A DNA stretch of 63,416 bases, the filler included, from Craspedostauros australis (taxonomy: Eukaryota): NCBI GenBank assembly GCA_030167865.1. It is 12 parts of 12 records of this genome, joined end to end, with 100 filler letters (N's around TTAATTAATTAA, not from the genome) between each part and the next. Parts side by side here need not be neighbours in the genome. Positions count along the whole stretch, not along the records: positions 42,879 to 47,766 come from JALAGF010003392.1; positions 47,867 to 54,561 come from JALAGF010003393.1; positions 54,662 to 60,267 come from JALAGF010003394.1; 9 more parts are not named here. One strand, 5' to 3'. This document shows positions 45,981 through 59,327 of this stretch, piece by piece. The notes beneath the pieces are model-generated. The model was given only the letters and a program-made list of their open reading frames with translations. It had not been told where the DNA came from and did not search any database. Every line of letters begins with the position of its first letter. The stretch's first letter is position 1. The translations under genes were made by a program, and so were the position numbers.

Positions 45981-47866
45981 GTTGCGCGTCCTGGTTTGGG
46001 GTTACTGATATGTTGAGTATGAGCTGGATGAATGGGCAGAGTTGTGCGAGGTGGGCAGCAACAACTGTCATTGTTGTTGGTGGTGGTGGTGGTGTTGGTC
46101 TCACCAGACGGGACTGGCAACGTGATGGCTTCTGCGACGGTTGTTGTGAAAGCGGGATTGGAATTGTTGTGGTGGCGCAATGTCCACGCAATCCGCATAC
46201 GCTATCAGGTGTCGCAAAATGCGCACGTCGCCCATCGCTTTCGTCTTTTTATTCCCTTTCGCAGGATACAGCGTGGTTCAAAGCAAAAAGAGGAAAATAG
46301 CTCCCGTGAGAATTCTGCCAGGAATGTGATCGGCAGCATTCAATTGAGCACTGGAAACGAGTGTCCTTCGTCCGATACGGAGAATCACTTCGTGGTGGAA
46401 CTTCCGATGGTCTTGTTGGTCCAGTTCGCATTCAATTATGAGTCCGGGAATGGGGGAAACGAAGAATCTCAGGCGAGTAAAGTCACAGGAGCCGAAAAAC
46501 ACGGTTGAGCGAAAACGTCTCCATGGGTGTGTGCATCAAGGCCATTGCACCCAAAAGGGATTGCTGCGTTGCCTGTTCGGTCACATGTTGTCATCTTCGG
46601 ATTGCGTGCGACCTGCGAGTATGTCGCTCATGAAGATGGTATCATGAGTAGCTCGTCGTTGCGCAGCGATTCGGGAGAGCTCTGTTTGGAAGCAATGGGG
46701 CGGCAACGCAGAGAGCAGCGTTTCCTGAAGTGCCAAGATCAGAAAGATGCGCGAGATGATTGCAGGATAGGTGTTGTAGCTCGTACGCATACTATACCAC
46801 ACTCGCACATGCAATGCCATACTCGTGCAGATCGAAGCCTCACTTGTAGTCTGACAGTATCCGCCCATCCATTGAGAGCTTGCTCTTGACTGTGGCATCC
46901 TTTCTGCTCCGCTTGCATGGCCGCTTTCAGAGCAGCGGGTGCCGTAGCGTAGAGTAGTGGTTTGTACAATGTAACAGAAAGTCTTAATAGAGTACTCTAC
47001 CGTACTCTATTCCGCAAACAATGGTGTTTCGGAGAACGGAATTGCTTGGATCACATCTAGCGTATTATTCATCCTCGTCTTCGTCCTCGCATTGCTTGCA
47101 CTTCTGCATGTACGACCTATGTGCATGTCCAACTGGTTCTGCTGTCACTGTAGTCGTACTTTGGAGAGGATGTTTGATTGTTTTATATTCTGCCAATAGC
47201 TTGTACGACTATGTTGCCACTGCTGTGAGTGCTCGTAGCGCGTACAGATTCGTTGAGTATCAAACTCGCACTCCGGAGCATCATGTTTGACTGTAGTATA
47301 ATACATACAAGTAGAGTACCTGCAGAGTGTTGAGTGCCGATGCTCGTTGTCTCTCTCTCTCTCTCCATGGTAGAGACAGACATAGTTGTGCGAGTGTTGT
47401 ATAGAAGAGTGCTATCCCTTCATGACCCAGGGCCTATAGTGAATCCAAATAGCAAAAAAATTTCACGGATTCTCCATTTTGACGTCGACGTTTACGTGTA
47501 ACATATCNNNNNNNNNNNNNNNNNNNNNNNNNNNNNNNNNNNNNNNNNNNNNNNNNNNNNNNNNNNNNNNNNNNNNNNNNNNNNNNTGTGTCGCAATCAG
47601 AGCCTGAACTACTCGTGAATCGTTTTTTGGCCAGCGGGACTGTCGCAAAAATTGATTCGGCGAGCCCGTCCCTCCCAATTTCGGTCTCTCCATCCCATTT
47701 TTGTCGTCACATCTCCCCTTCCCATCACATCATAAAATCAAAAGATCACAACATCACAACATCACANNNNNNNNNNNNNNNNNNNNNNNNNNNNNNNNNN
47801 NNNNNNNNNNTTAATTAATTAANNNNNNNNNNNNNNNNNNNNNNNNNNNNNNNNNNNNNNNNNNNN

Positions 47867-49164
47867 CACAACCCAGCGCCCAGCCAACTTCGCAACCCAC
47901 CATCACATCACAACCAACATCGGCACCAACAATCACTCCCTCATCATTCCCCACCATGTACATCCTCCAGTTCGAAGCCTTCACTCAGATCCGGGACATC
48001 ATCGGTCCAACGCTGAGAGGACCGCCCGCATTCCTCGACGACTCCGTCTGGACGGACCAGAACAGCACCACCTTCAAGATCGCGGAATGGATGACGCTCT
48101 CCGACCAAAGCACGCAAGAGTCCTTGGACACGAACCTTCCAGGCATCTCGCGGTTCCTTTTGGAACGGTACGCCTTGCTCGACATGTACCTGTCAATGAA
48201 TGGCCCCAACTGGTTCTTGCGGGCGGGATTCATGACGGGTGTTGACCACTGCGACTGGTTCGATGATGCCAACGAGATCGGTGTTGAATGCGACCTGGGA
48301 ACGGTGACTGCAGTGAAGCTGTCAACCAACAACGTGGCTGGCAGTCTGCCAGATTCGTTCTACTTCCTGAATCTGCGCCAGCTCGAGATCGATGTGAGTG
48401 ACATCACGGGAACCATCTCTTCGCACATCAGCGACATGTCCAGGCTGCAAGAGATTCGGGTGACCGGGGCTCGGCTCACAGGCGTGATTCCAAGCGAGAT
48501 CGGCCTGCTTCAAAATCTGAAAGGTCTGAGAATGAGAGATCATGGCTTGGTGGGTCCTATTCCCTCAGAGATCGGTGATTGCCAAAGGCTCACGACCCTG
48601 GATGTCGGCAAGAATGCGCTGAGTGGCATGATGCCATCTGAGATTGGTAGACTGGAGAGCTTGGCGACCTTGCAGATTGATCGCAATGGCATCGAGGGCA
48701 CCCTTCCCATCCACTTGACTCAGCTAGGGCAGTTGCAAACCTTCCATCTGATCTTCACAAACATCACAGGTAACTTGGATCCCATGTTCTGCACTGCGGA
48801 TTTCAACTGGGAGGCAAGCTACCAACAATTCACCAGCGATTGTGAGTCCGACGTGTTTCCAATCCCAGGCGCGGCGCTTGCCACCCCTCCCAAGGTGATA
48901 TGCTCATGCTGCAGTCTCTGCTGCACCAGCACCACGAATGTGTGCTTTGGCCAGGACCCGCAATTCATAGGTTGCAACGGCCAATGCATCGCATGCGGAG
49001 GCGGCTTCTACAGAACCAGCTGCGAGGAGTGCCCGGAAGATGGAAATAGTCGCTCGGAAATCTTCGTTCCAGCGTGTGAACGAGCGTGCAAAAAGAATAT
49101 GGAAACAGGCGTGTGCGAACCCAGGACGGAGCTATACTTCGATTGGTTGGAGAGGAATAGTTGA
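47867..49164 (+). CDS. LRR receptor-like protein, core plus C-terminal variant 2 (5'-truncated at contig start)
   Basis: Identical core 47867..48630, then a diverged Cys-rich C-terminus ending PRTELYFDWLERNS. Confidence 0.9.
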
Positions 49165-49820
49165 TCGCTTAATCGCTTGACCGATTCGCCCAGTCTCCTG
49201 TTACTACCGATCGAAGTTTGAGTACGAGCAGCATGCCATGTCCTGCGCGCATTTCCCGCCCATCGGTGGACCCTTAACCAACCAACAGATGTGCATCCGC
49301 AATATGTGCAAATGTGCACAAGCGCATCAAACAGCACGGAGGCAGATATATGCGCCGTCCGACTGTAGCAATGGTAGGCGCGGATGATCCAGATTAGTCT
49401 ACGTAGACTGATCCATGCAGGGTCCTACGCCACAAGTACGTATTATACTATACCCTATTTGACAGGATAACGGCATTGTAACAGTAGCCTTACACTTGCA
49501 TGCGAGGAGGCCAGCACGTACCGTAGCATTCATGCGTAGGTACTCTCTCTAGCGTCGACAGAGGAGTACTTATAGTAATCTGGAATGTTCTCTCTGTCGG
49601 AGTGTGCAGTCCGGTGGCACGCCCACCCGAGGAACCCAAACTCCGAGCTTCGGTTTTCCTCTCGCCCCTTGGGCTGCAACTGCCACTTACCGTATAGTAT
49701 GAAGAGCCACACTTCAACTCTCCACCTCCTCAAACTCGTACGCGTACGCGTATCTCTCCACAGATAATCGTGATCTACCAACAAGCTGCGGCGTTGCACC
49801 AAACAACTTCTTGCTCGTAT

Positions 49821-52084
49821 TCACCAGGTGAGCAAGGAGCGAATGCCAGTGCTTTCGTTCAAGTTCTTCCAGACATCTGGGAAGATATCGTCCGGAATTT
49901 GCATTGGGTATCGAAAGGACCCATGCCAGTGATGATCCCGTTGGTACGGCAGATCTTCAAAATAGAAAGCTTCGCGTGGCAGCTTCCAAAACACTTCTTT
50001 ACTCTGCCTTGTCTCCACATCCTTCTGCACCAACAAGACCACGCGGCGCGCAACATATTCGTATTTGTGCTCGAATTCGTACTCGTTTTCATGCTCGGGA
50101 TCGTTTACCATGTCGTGTATCTCTTCGTCGGCTTGCGCGGTGCTATTCGTGGTTCTGGTGCGCCTTGCTGTCACATCTGCGTGCATTGTGATGCTTTTTC
50201 TGGTGCTGCTGCCGATGCGCCGCCCTCCATGACGATCGCGCTCAATGCGTCGGATGATCCTACATCGGGCATCCTTCGTGGCGCCGTCCGATCGGAAGCG
50301 TTGGATGTAGTACCCTCGACACCAAAGCTCCACGCCACTGTCCTCGTAGGGTATGTACGACTCATCTAGTTCTGCCCGAAGTGGTTCAGCCAAATCCCGA
50401 TTCAATTCAAGGGCTGATAATGAGCCCGTTCTGGCGACGAAAGATTTCACATGCGCTGCCCATGCATCGTCCCAAGCGTCGCCATAATCGATCAACACTT
50501 CTTCACCTGCTTGAATGGTACGAGTTGCGATGGCATCGAATGCCAATCCGGCATGTTCGACATCGCCCCACTCCGAGATGGGCTCATGCAACCATTCATG
50601 ATGGCGCATGTGCCGTGCTTTGCTCCATTGGATGCGGGCATTGGTGTTCTTGCTGGAATGATTGATGAGGGACGATAGCAACCCGTAGGGGCAGAGCAGC
50701 AGCGTGCTTGCCTCGTGGGAGAAGCAGTAATTCAGCAACAGCTGCGCGTGCATGGAGCCACCGGCATCGGGCACCTGTCTACCATCCTCGTAACGCGTGT
50801 TGTACATCCGAAAGATTGACTTATCTGGCACATGGATGAGCGGGAGTGGAGCTACCAAGGCATTCATGGCAATGTCACGCACTGCGAATGCACCACGACC
50901 GGCATGAGGGATGGTGCTGACCCCATCGCGAAGAGCATCCGTGCATTGCCCATACTCCTGCAGCCACTCCAATGATTTGATGCTTCGGCCGAAGTGCTGT
51001 TTGGCTGTTCCACCCTGCTGCAGGATTACATCGATTCCTGACGGATCCGACGGTAGGGCATTCAAAACCCGAGCATCCTGCCATATGGACCGTATTTGCA
51101 CCTGAATCATGGAATACAAGGACGTCTCCAATCGCGCCAATCGTTTCGACGCCTTTGTCCTTTTGCGATGCGACGGCGAGAGATACTGCTGTCTGATGAA
51201 TTGGAGCTCACGAAGGAGATCGTCAGCCGCTGCATAATCGCCTGGGAATGGGATGTAACCGTATGACTTGTGTCTTGAACGGAAGTACTTCTCGCCGTAG
51301 CTTCAAGGTGTTGATGTTGATGTTCGCAACGATGGAGGATTTGTATTGGTGAATGCAGATGTGTTGGTACAACATCGTCAGAAACCACAAAGGTAAAAAG
51401 TTGGAGAGATAATCAACCATGGTGGTCAGTGTGGTCATGATCAACGAGCTTGTCAGCGTGGCGTAGTCGGAGTTGACGACGGTATCAAAAGCAGCAGCAG
51501 TAGCAGCAACGTGATTGACCCAAGGACTCTGGATTCTGCACCAGCACTCACCTCACGAATAGTTCCGTCCCAGGCTCCAAGTCCATCGTTGTAACATGTT
51601 GGCGGCCTTGATAAAGAGACATAGCACCGATGCCAGGACTCGACCGCGGAACTTGCAATTCCGGTTCGAATGGCACGTCGCGCAAGTTGACAAGCGAGAG
51701 GTACGAGTTGGCCACGGATCCAATCCCAGGACTGGCGACGGCCATGAGCCTGGGATTGTCAACCTCCACCTCCATGCCCGCAAACGCCGATATCGCCCAA
51801 GTGTACTGTTCCCAAAGAAACGTAAAGTTGTTCTGCATCCCGTTGTTCCATTTTAGCTCAATGATAGGAATCACCGCCTCCTTGTGACTCACTGGTTCGC
51901 CCTTCGCAAAGGTGCGGTTGCCAACGTAGAGGCCAAATCCTGAGCCTGGGATGGAGCTCGGTGCCATGAAGAGGGTGCAGTCTGTAACAGTCGCTTCCTG
52001 GTTGATATCTTCTGGAATAAGAGCATTTGCTGTTACGCTGGGAGCGCACAACAAATTGAGAAGGAGCAGCATGGTTGGAACCAT
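49821..52084 (-). CDS. Double SET-domain protein with predicted signal peptide; two exons (52084..51552 and 51300..49821)
   Basis: SET1: APSSIPGSGFGLYVG...ANS...ELFVSYG after splicing. SET2: STIPHAGRGAFA...LINHS...GEEVLIDYG. GT-AG intron 51551..51301. Hydrophobic MLLLLNLLCAPSVTANA. Alternative ATG at 52162. Confidence 0.85.
51301..51551 (-). other. Spliceosomal intron (251 bp, GTGAGT...TTGAAG)
   Basis: Removing it joins AG and C into a Ser codon, restoring the SET motif ELFVSYG and an open frame into ORF 49821..51140. Confidence 0.88.
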
Positions 52085-54223
52085 CACGAACGGTTGCCGT
52101 GGTGGATCACCATGCCGCACATCTTTCGATGTTGATGTCGATGTCGATGTTGAGAAGAGCATGATGTCCTTGTAATGCACCGGGATGTACACTCGTTGGC
52201 ACGCTCACATGCGACTACGCGAGAGTATTGATAGCGACAGAAGCCGGTTGGTTAGGGCGCGTGTTCTGCTCGTGCTGGTTATCATACGATACGGATGGTA
52301 CGCTACTCGTGCTGAGATGGATCATGCAATCGGAGGGCTGCCATCCTTCCTTGCACTCCCAAACCCATCAAGAGCGATCAGATGCGTTGGCTGATCTGCA
52401 ATGGCGTACTCGAATACTCCCCAATCTCGAACAGCTCTTCCACGGCACACACTCTTGATGATATCCATTTGTGATCCAATGGCCACCCCCCGAGTGTCGC
52501 GATGGCGATGATGGCGATGATGGCGACGATGGTGATGGCCACGTCTCTCGTGGTCTGTGTTGGATGGTGTCAACAGACCGTGGATTTGTGACAACGTGGA
52601 TTGATCTTGCTTACGGGACTGAACAACAAGATATCATTCGTGATTGACGAAACGTTTGTGTTTGTGGTCAGTCTGCGGACGACCTGCAGACCGCGTTCAA
52701 TCCAATTGCGATAGGTAAGACCCAGGTGAGCGAGTCGACCAATCGTTTGAAATGGACATTCCAACTGTTGATCTGAGANACTGTATCCAAAGCAAGCACA
52801 TATTTGTGATCCTTAGAACCTCTCTATAGCTCATTATCCGTTACAGTTGTAAGATAGGTCCAATATTAAGTATTATGGATCGATCTATGCAAACATAGCA
52901 GTCACGTGGATCCAACATCACACAACCGTCCACAAATTCCCAGCAGCGAAGTGCCACAGAACTCCCACCACGAACAAAAATGCAACTAAACCTGAGAGAG
53001 AAGTGTGTGTTCTCGTTTTGTTGATAGGATCGAACACACGCTGCACGGAAGTGCTTCGTCGTCCACAACCGCACCCTTGTCCATCACACAACCTCACCAA
53101 GGAGGAACGAGAGAGGAGCGAGACGCTGCCAATGCCGCCATCGTTTGAAGCCGCAACGTACGAGTACGACTATTCGCAGAAGCACCAGAGGGAGCAGCAA
53201 CTGGCAGACACTGCCAAAGCAACACCAACGAACACTTTCATGCGCAACAGCAACAGCAACAGCAGCAACAACAACAACAGGCGAAGCACAACGAGGGAAG
53301 TGGCTGTAACAACATGAGGCATTCTTGTGGAAATATTCCAATGACACGCATACTTTGTGACCTTGAGAGTGATCAAATTGTGTCGTGAATGAATTTTGTT
53401 CCTCCATCAAGTCAGTCACGACTCCAGGAACAATGCGCGCCATTTTTTCAACAATGTTTCTTGTGTGTTATGTTTGAATCAAAACACGGCGAAGATTCTG
53501 GATCGATCGTGGATCTGGATAACTATCGAACAACCGAGCACGACCTCGGAGTGCCATCGCAACCCAAGACCAAATGAAGTACAACACGGTGTATTGCGAG
53601 GACCCAAATCGAATGAAGATGATGATCACGACGAATTCCACGGGAGATGCTGCTGACCCTGCAACTTGCATTCTGGCAGAACAACATCTCGTCATCATCT
53701 CATAATCGGAGAGTTCAATCAACTCAACAACGCAAACCAACTAAATCGACAACTAACGATTACCAATTTACCTCCAAACCAGAGCCCACGATCTCACCAC
53801 TGCACACGTCTTGCTAACAGTGCTGACATCTGGAACCAATATCACAATTCTGCGCCTTGGTGATCTCTCATCATATCGCCAGCAGGAGCAGACGGGTGAA
53901 ACTGCTCTTCCTTTTCCGGCTCATAGTATAGATCGTCCAAGTACTTCGCAGCCACCTTCACTCCCCCGCGAAGCGCGCATGCATCCACCGCTGCCTACCG
54001 TTCACGCACCAGGGCTATCTTCCACATCCGACCCAAGTAAGTGATGCTTGCCGCTTGCTCCCGCAGTTGATTCACTTGTTGGCTGGCTGCGCCTTGGGAT
54101 GGTTCCGACAGACAGACATACAGAGCAAGGAATGATCCATCATCGTCAAGGCTAACACCGATGTCTCGCTTCACGCATTCGCTCACTCCATGCAAACACA
54201 ACGCCATTAGGTACTGCGCAAGA

Positions 54224-54561
54224 ATGTCAGATCCCCCCCAAGCTCCGCACGATGCAGGTCAGAAAGGAGATCTTGAGACGACCCACCCCATCTTCAAAGC
54301 AGACCAACCGAAGCATCCTGTCGATGTCGCTATACGGGATATGTGTGGAAGAACATCGCTAGCGAGAGCCTGCTACAGCGGAGACATTGATGCGGTCAAA
54401 CGTCACATCGAAGTGAGCCCATTGCCAGTCAACGGTAACCTGACAGACAACGACGGGAACACGCTGCTGCATGCTGCTTGCTGTCGCGGCGATGTCAGCA
54501 TCGTGGCATACTTGGCCGAATCGCCTCAAGTTCATGTCGATGCCAACACAAGAAACAACGG
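54224..54561 (+). CDS. Ankyrin-repeat protein, N-terminal fragment
   Basis: DMCGRTSLARACYSGDIDAVK and DNDGNTLLHAACCRGDVSIVAYL. Truncated by the contig end; start could be 54161. Confidence 0.8.
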
Positions 54562-54661
54562 NNNNNNNNNNNNNNNNNNNNNNNNNNNNNNNNNNNNNNN
54601 NNNNNTTAATTAATTAANNNNNNNNNNNNNNNNNNNNNNNNNNNNNNNNNNNNNNNNNNNN

Positions 54662-54744
54662 CACAAGTCCCATGAAATGGCTGACTTGTGGGGGAGGAGG
54701 GGGAAGTCAACACCATCAACTGTGATACTCACACATCCACGTGC

Positions 54745-54779
<35 letters not shown>

Positions 54780-56958
54780 CACACAGTACAACCAGCCACA
54801 ACACACAACTACACGTGAGTCCGTGATGCAACAGTCAACACACAATGAACTATCTGTCAACATCAAATGAACTATTGTTAACACATTCCAACTACAGGAG
54901 GATGGCACAAGTCCCATGAAATGGCTGACTTGTGGGGGAGGAGGGGGAANNNNNNNNNNNNNNNNNNNNNNNNNNNNNNNNNNNNNNNNNNNNNNNNNCT
55001 GACTTGTGGGGGAGGAGGGGGAAGTCAACACCATCAACTGTGATACTCACACATCCACGTGCTCACACACACACACACACTGCCACATGGTACAACCAGC
55101 CACAACACACAACAACACGTGAGACTGTGATGCAACAGTCAACATCAAATGAACTATCTGTCAACACCATTCCAACTACTGGAGGATGGCACAAGTCCCA
55201 TGAAATGGCTGACTTGTGGGGGAGGGGGGAAAGACTTGCATTGCATTGCAGCGATACTGATTGATCTTTCACTCTCACAGTTGCAGTCACTTCTGGCCCA
55301 TCTCTCAACACCACAACAAGTTATACTCACACATCCCGCAACGCATGCACAGGTTCCATGTCACGCATGACATGCCGCATCCATCACGCATGCGTCCAGC
55401 CACTGCATGATGCTCATTGCCACACTTGAAGATGGAGCACCATGGATCCCAGCGTGACAAAGTTGCAGTCACTTCTGTTGCCTCTCTCATCACCGCCAAC
55501 AAGCAACATTCGCACATCTCACAACGCATACACACACTTCAGAACCCCCTCACATGATACAAATGTGACACATGCAGCTGGCTACTCCATGATGCTCATT
55601 GTCACACTACATGATAGACCATGGTGGATCACGAAGTCTCACACATGCAATCACTTATGGTTCACCTCTCAACACCACAACAAGTAATATTCATACATCC
55701 CACAATGCATACACACGTCCCATAGCACGCATGACATCGCATAAGCATTGCACATGCTCCTGGCTTCACTGTGACAATCACCGTCACACTCAAACAAAAA
55801 CCATTATCAATATCCAAGTTTCACAGATGCAGTCACTGCCAGTCCCCCTCTCTCAACACCATCAACTGCGATATTCACCCATCTCACAGTGCATGCACAC
55901 ATCGCACAACCCACATCACATGGATTAAGTGTGGTGCATGTTGTCAGCTACTCCATGATCATAGTGATCACAATCAACAGCTGACCATGATGGACAACCA
56001 AATCTCACAGCCGCAGTCAGTGATGGCCCCCTCTGAACACCATCAATAGCATCTATCACGCATCCCACAACGCATGATCATACCTCACAGACCCCTGGGT
56101 ATGGTTCAAGCATGGCATGTGCGGCCAGATACTTCATGATGCTTCTTAACACACTCAAAGATCGGTCCTGGTGGATCATGATATCTCTCAGTTGCGGTCG
56201 CTGCTGGTCCCCATTTCAGAATCATCAATAGCATGTATCACACATCCCACAACGCATGCACGCATCGCACAGCCAGCATGACATGGATCAAGCATGGTGC
56301 GTGCGGTCGGCCACTCCATGATGCTTGTTGTTGCAATCAAAGGGTTAGCATAGCGCACTGCTGAGTTGCACTGCTGCAGTCATCTTCAGTCTCGCTCTCA
56401 ACACCATTGACAACATTCATCACACATACTACACTGCATACGCATACCTATCAGCCCTCTGGGTATGGTACATCCCTGGCACATGCAGTTGGCTACTCCA
56501 TGATGCTAGTTGCCACACTCAATGGAGGACCATGATTGATTGTTCAGTCTCACAGTTGCAGCCAATACCGGGTCCACTCTCAACACCAACAACTGTTGCA
56601 GTCACACATTCCATGATGCATATACATACCTTGTACAGGCTGCATGGCATGGTAGGGCATATCCGCAACACATGTGGGAGGATACTCTCTGATGTTTGTT
56701 GTCACACTCAAGGATGGACCGTGATGAATCACAATTCTCACAGCTGCAATCACTTCCAGTCCCGCTCTCACCATCATCAACCATGATAGTGAGACATTCG
56801 ATAACGCATACACATACCCAGCATAGCCCAAATGACATGACGCAAGCATGACGCATATGGCCAGCTACTCCATGATGCTTGTACACACACTCAAAAGGCT
56901 GAGCATAGCGCGTTGCTGAGTCTCACAGTTGCAGCTACTGTCTGTGCCCCCCTCAACA
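54662..56958. repeat. Diverged satellite, unit about 182 bp from about 55260; a related longer-unit repeat lies before that
   Basis: CTCCATGATGCT..TG.CACACTCAA variants near 55404, 55585, 55765, 55951, 56132, 56314, 56496, 56686 and 56868. Confidence 0.85.
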
Positions 56959-59327
56959 ATAAGCGTAACTCAAGGATTACATTAGAAATGTGCCAGTAGG
57001 CATTACCCTCGCCACCACCAGGCCTCATGGGGCCCAGCTTTGAGCAAGCTTTCAGAGAGTCCTTACTCACTCACCCAGCCTGAGCCAAGATGCAATTGAT
57101 CGCCTTTCGACATGCATTGACCTGGATTGGCGCCGCACCCTGACTTCCGCGTGAACGGCAGTCATGGAGTGGACCCACTGCGTCATCTGTGCTTCCGTGC
57201 TGAACTCAACCGTCCTACCCTCGCAGAGCAGATGGGGCTTCTTCTTCGTCATATCCTGGCTGGTCCCCCAACACCAAATGCCTCACCCGTCACCGGAACT
57301 CTGCCACGGATGGGCGTTGCTCCTCATCGTGAACTTTATCGTTGCAGGCCTTCCAGACTTCCCAGGGGACGTTCTATATCCACCTGATCACCTCTTTCGC
57401 CCACGCGCCTTCGTCCGGGTAAAAACACTCATGGCTGGTCATCCAAGTTGTCTATTGACGTTGCCAATCTTTATGCAAGAACCCCAGGATGAATGGATGC
57501 CAGCCAATCATGCCCTGAGTGTCCCTCTGGGCTGCGCGCCGGCGCATTTCCACCCACCTGTGCCAAATCCCTTGTATCACTCGTGGGTTTGTGATGATTC
57601 TCACCATGCGGTCATGGAACTCCTCTCTCGCCCATGTCCACACTTCGACGTGTTCTGGGCATTCCAGAATGTGGTGGGTGGCTTCCTCCCAGGAGCAGAA
57701 CTGGCATGCAGCCATCTCTTTCTGCCCAGTTTGGTGGAGCTTTCTGTTGAACCCAAAGAACCTCGACAACCACTTCATGATGAACTGGGCGAGGTCCTGG
57801 TTCTTTGGTGCCGATTGAGCGGCTGGGTACGACTTCCAGTCGACGAGAGCCACCTGCACCTCGCTCTCTTGGAACTTCGACGCCCAATATTCAGGGGCTG
57901 AAGAGGACTGGAGCAGGGCATTCATAGCGGCTGAATCCATGTGCGAGTGATGCCGTCGGTACAGTGAGATTGTCCATCGATTGGTGCATGTGTTCCATTG
58001 ACGGATGTGCCTATGCTGTCTGGCGCGCTCTCAATGCTCCTTTGCTTTGTGATCAGCAACAACATTCAGCTCCTCCAGGACCAAGAGCTCCTTGCCAGTA
58101 TTGTCCTGGTGACCCCGTACCCACTCCCATTTGAGGGTACCCAGAGTACTGTGTCGCAGCCATTGTGTCGCCATAGGCAGGTCCCAGTCTTGTTGGGTGG
58201 GCCGCAGCCGGTCTTCTTGAGCTTGCTGCAGGGCCTGACTCCTGTTGAGTGCCAGAGTAATGGTGCACGAGCTGTCAAGACCATCAAGCGCCTCAACCAT
58301 GGAAAGGGAGGCCCATATCCCTGCCAGCTCGCTGCGGTATGCCCTGTGTATGTCGCTCGGCCCCAGGACGAAGGTGTGACAACATAGCTGGTGCTCCGAA
58401 GCTGTGTCATACATGATGGATGCAGACGTGACTTGGGCTCCTTGAAAGACCTGTCGCTCACCACCAAGAGGTTCCCTCTCTGGCCAGACGCCGCTTCTCA
58501 ATCATATGTGAGGTCGCCTTGCACTTCCTCGATGGGGTCATAGGGGAGGGGAGCAGAGGGAGCTTCCGTGGTAAGACCTGCATGGCCGTTCCACGTTGTC
58601 CCTCGCTTTGTAGTCGTCTCTGACACCTCTGCACTAGTCTGGGCAAGGCCTTGGCCGTCTCCGTTGAGCGATATGCGCTGGCCCTCGTCCGTGAGCTCCT
58701 AACCAGATTGTACTTCCGTATCGGGATCCTCGCTGTATCGTAGATGTGGTTCGTCAGTGTGGACTTCCACCATCTCCAGCTAGCATCGTCGGAGTGCCAA
58801 AGCCCGAGGGTTCAGTGAAGCTTCAGGCCTTGGTAGCACATGCGCTTGCACCACTTCTTTCATTCTCTCCACCAACCGCCCAGAATCGTCAGGGGAGTGT
58901 GGGCCCATTCCCTGGGGATTTTGGGGGCAGACAGCCCGTTGTGAACTTCGGATGTTACGCGGATCCCGCTCGCCGAGGAGATGTCCGATATTCGGCTCAC
59001 CCCTAGCTGCAACCAGCACATGCTCAGGTGATACAGCTGGGATCCCTTGAACCCCTGCTGCAGGCAGATATCCATCAGGTGTTCATCTCCTTTGCGCTGT
59101 AACAGTGACCCTCCAGTTGTCTCATGTATCATCACACCTGTGTCCTGCAGCTGTTTCCACAGTCCAGCCACCCAGCAGTGAGTGACGCAACAACTCATCT
59201 TGTTGTATGGATATTCGAACAGAGACCGATGGACCCCCAATTCTTCTTTCAGCACCTTTATCGAGCATTCCACCATCTGTCCCATGGTGGTTCCTGTCTG
59301 GATCTCCTCAAATGCTATCTGGGCTTG
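56959..59327 (-). mobile_element. 5'-truncated, decayed non-LTR retrotransposon with RNase H and C-terminal zinc knuckle (Ambal-like)
   Basis: Post-RT region (QRKGDEHLMD..LSMCWLQLGVSRISDI); RNase H (VSDRSFK, AYRSELAGI, WVRGHQD, LNVVADHKAK); CQFC..EEATHHILEC; QGMIGW..GFLHKDW. Flanked by a 16-bp direct repeat. Confidence 0.85.

Noticed and set aside
47420..47766. Possible DNA-transposon terminus around the scaffold gap
   Set aside because: No partner inverted repeat, target duplication or transposase is visible.
53003..54044. Short ORFs upstream of the ankyrin gene as exons or genes
   Set aside because: They are low-complexity with no recognisable domain, and I could not build a convincing splice path.
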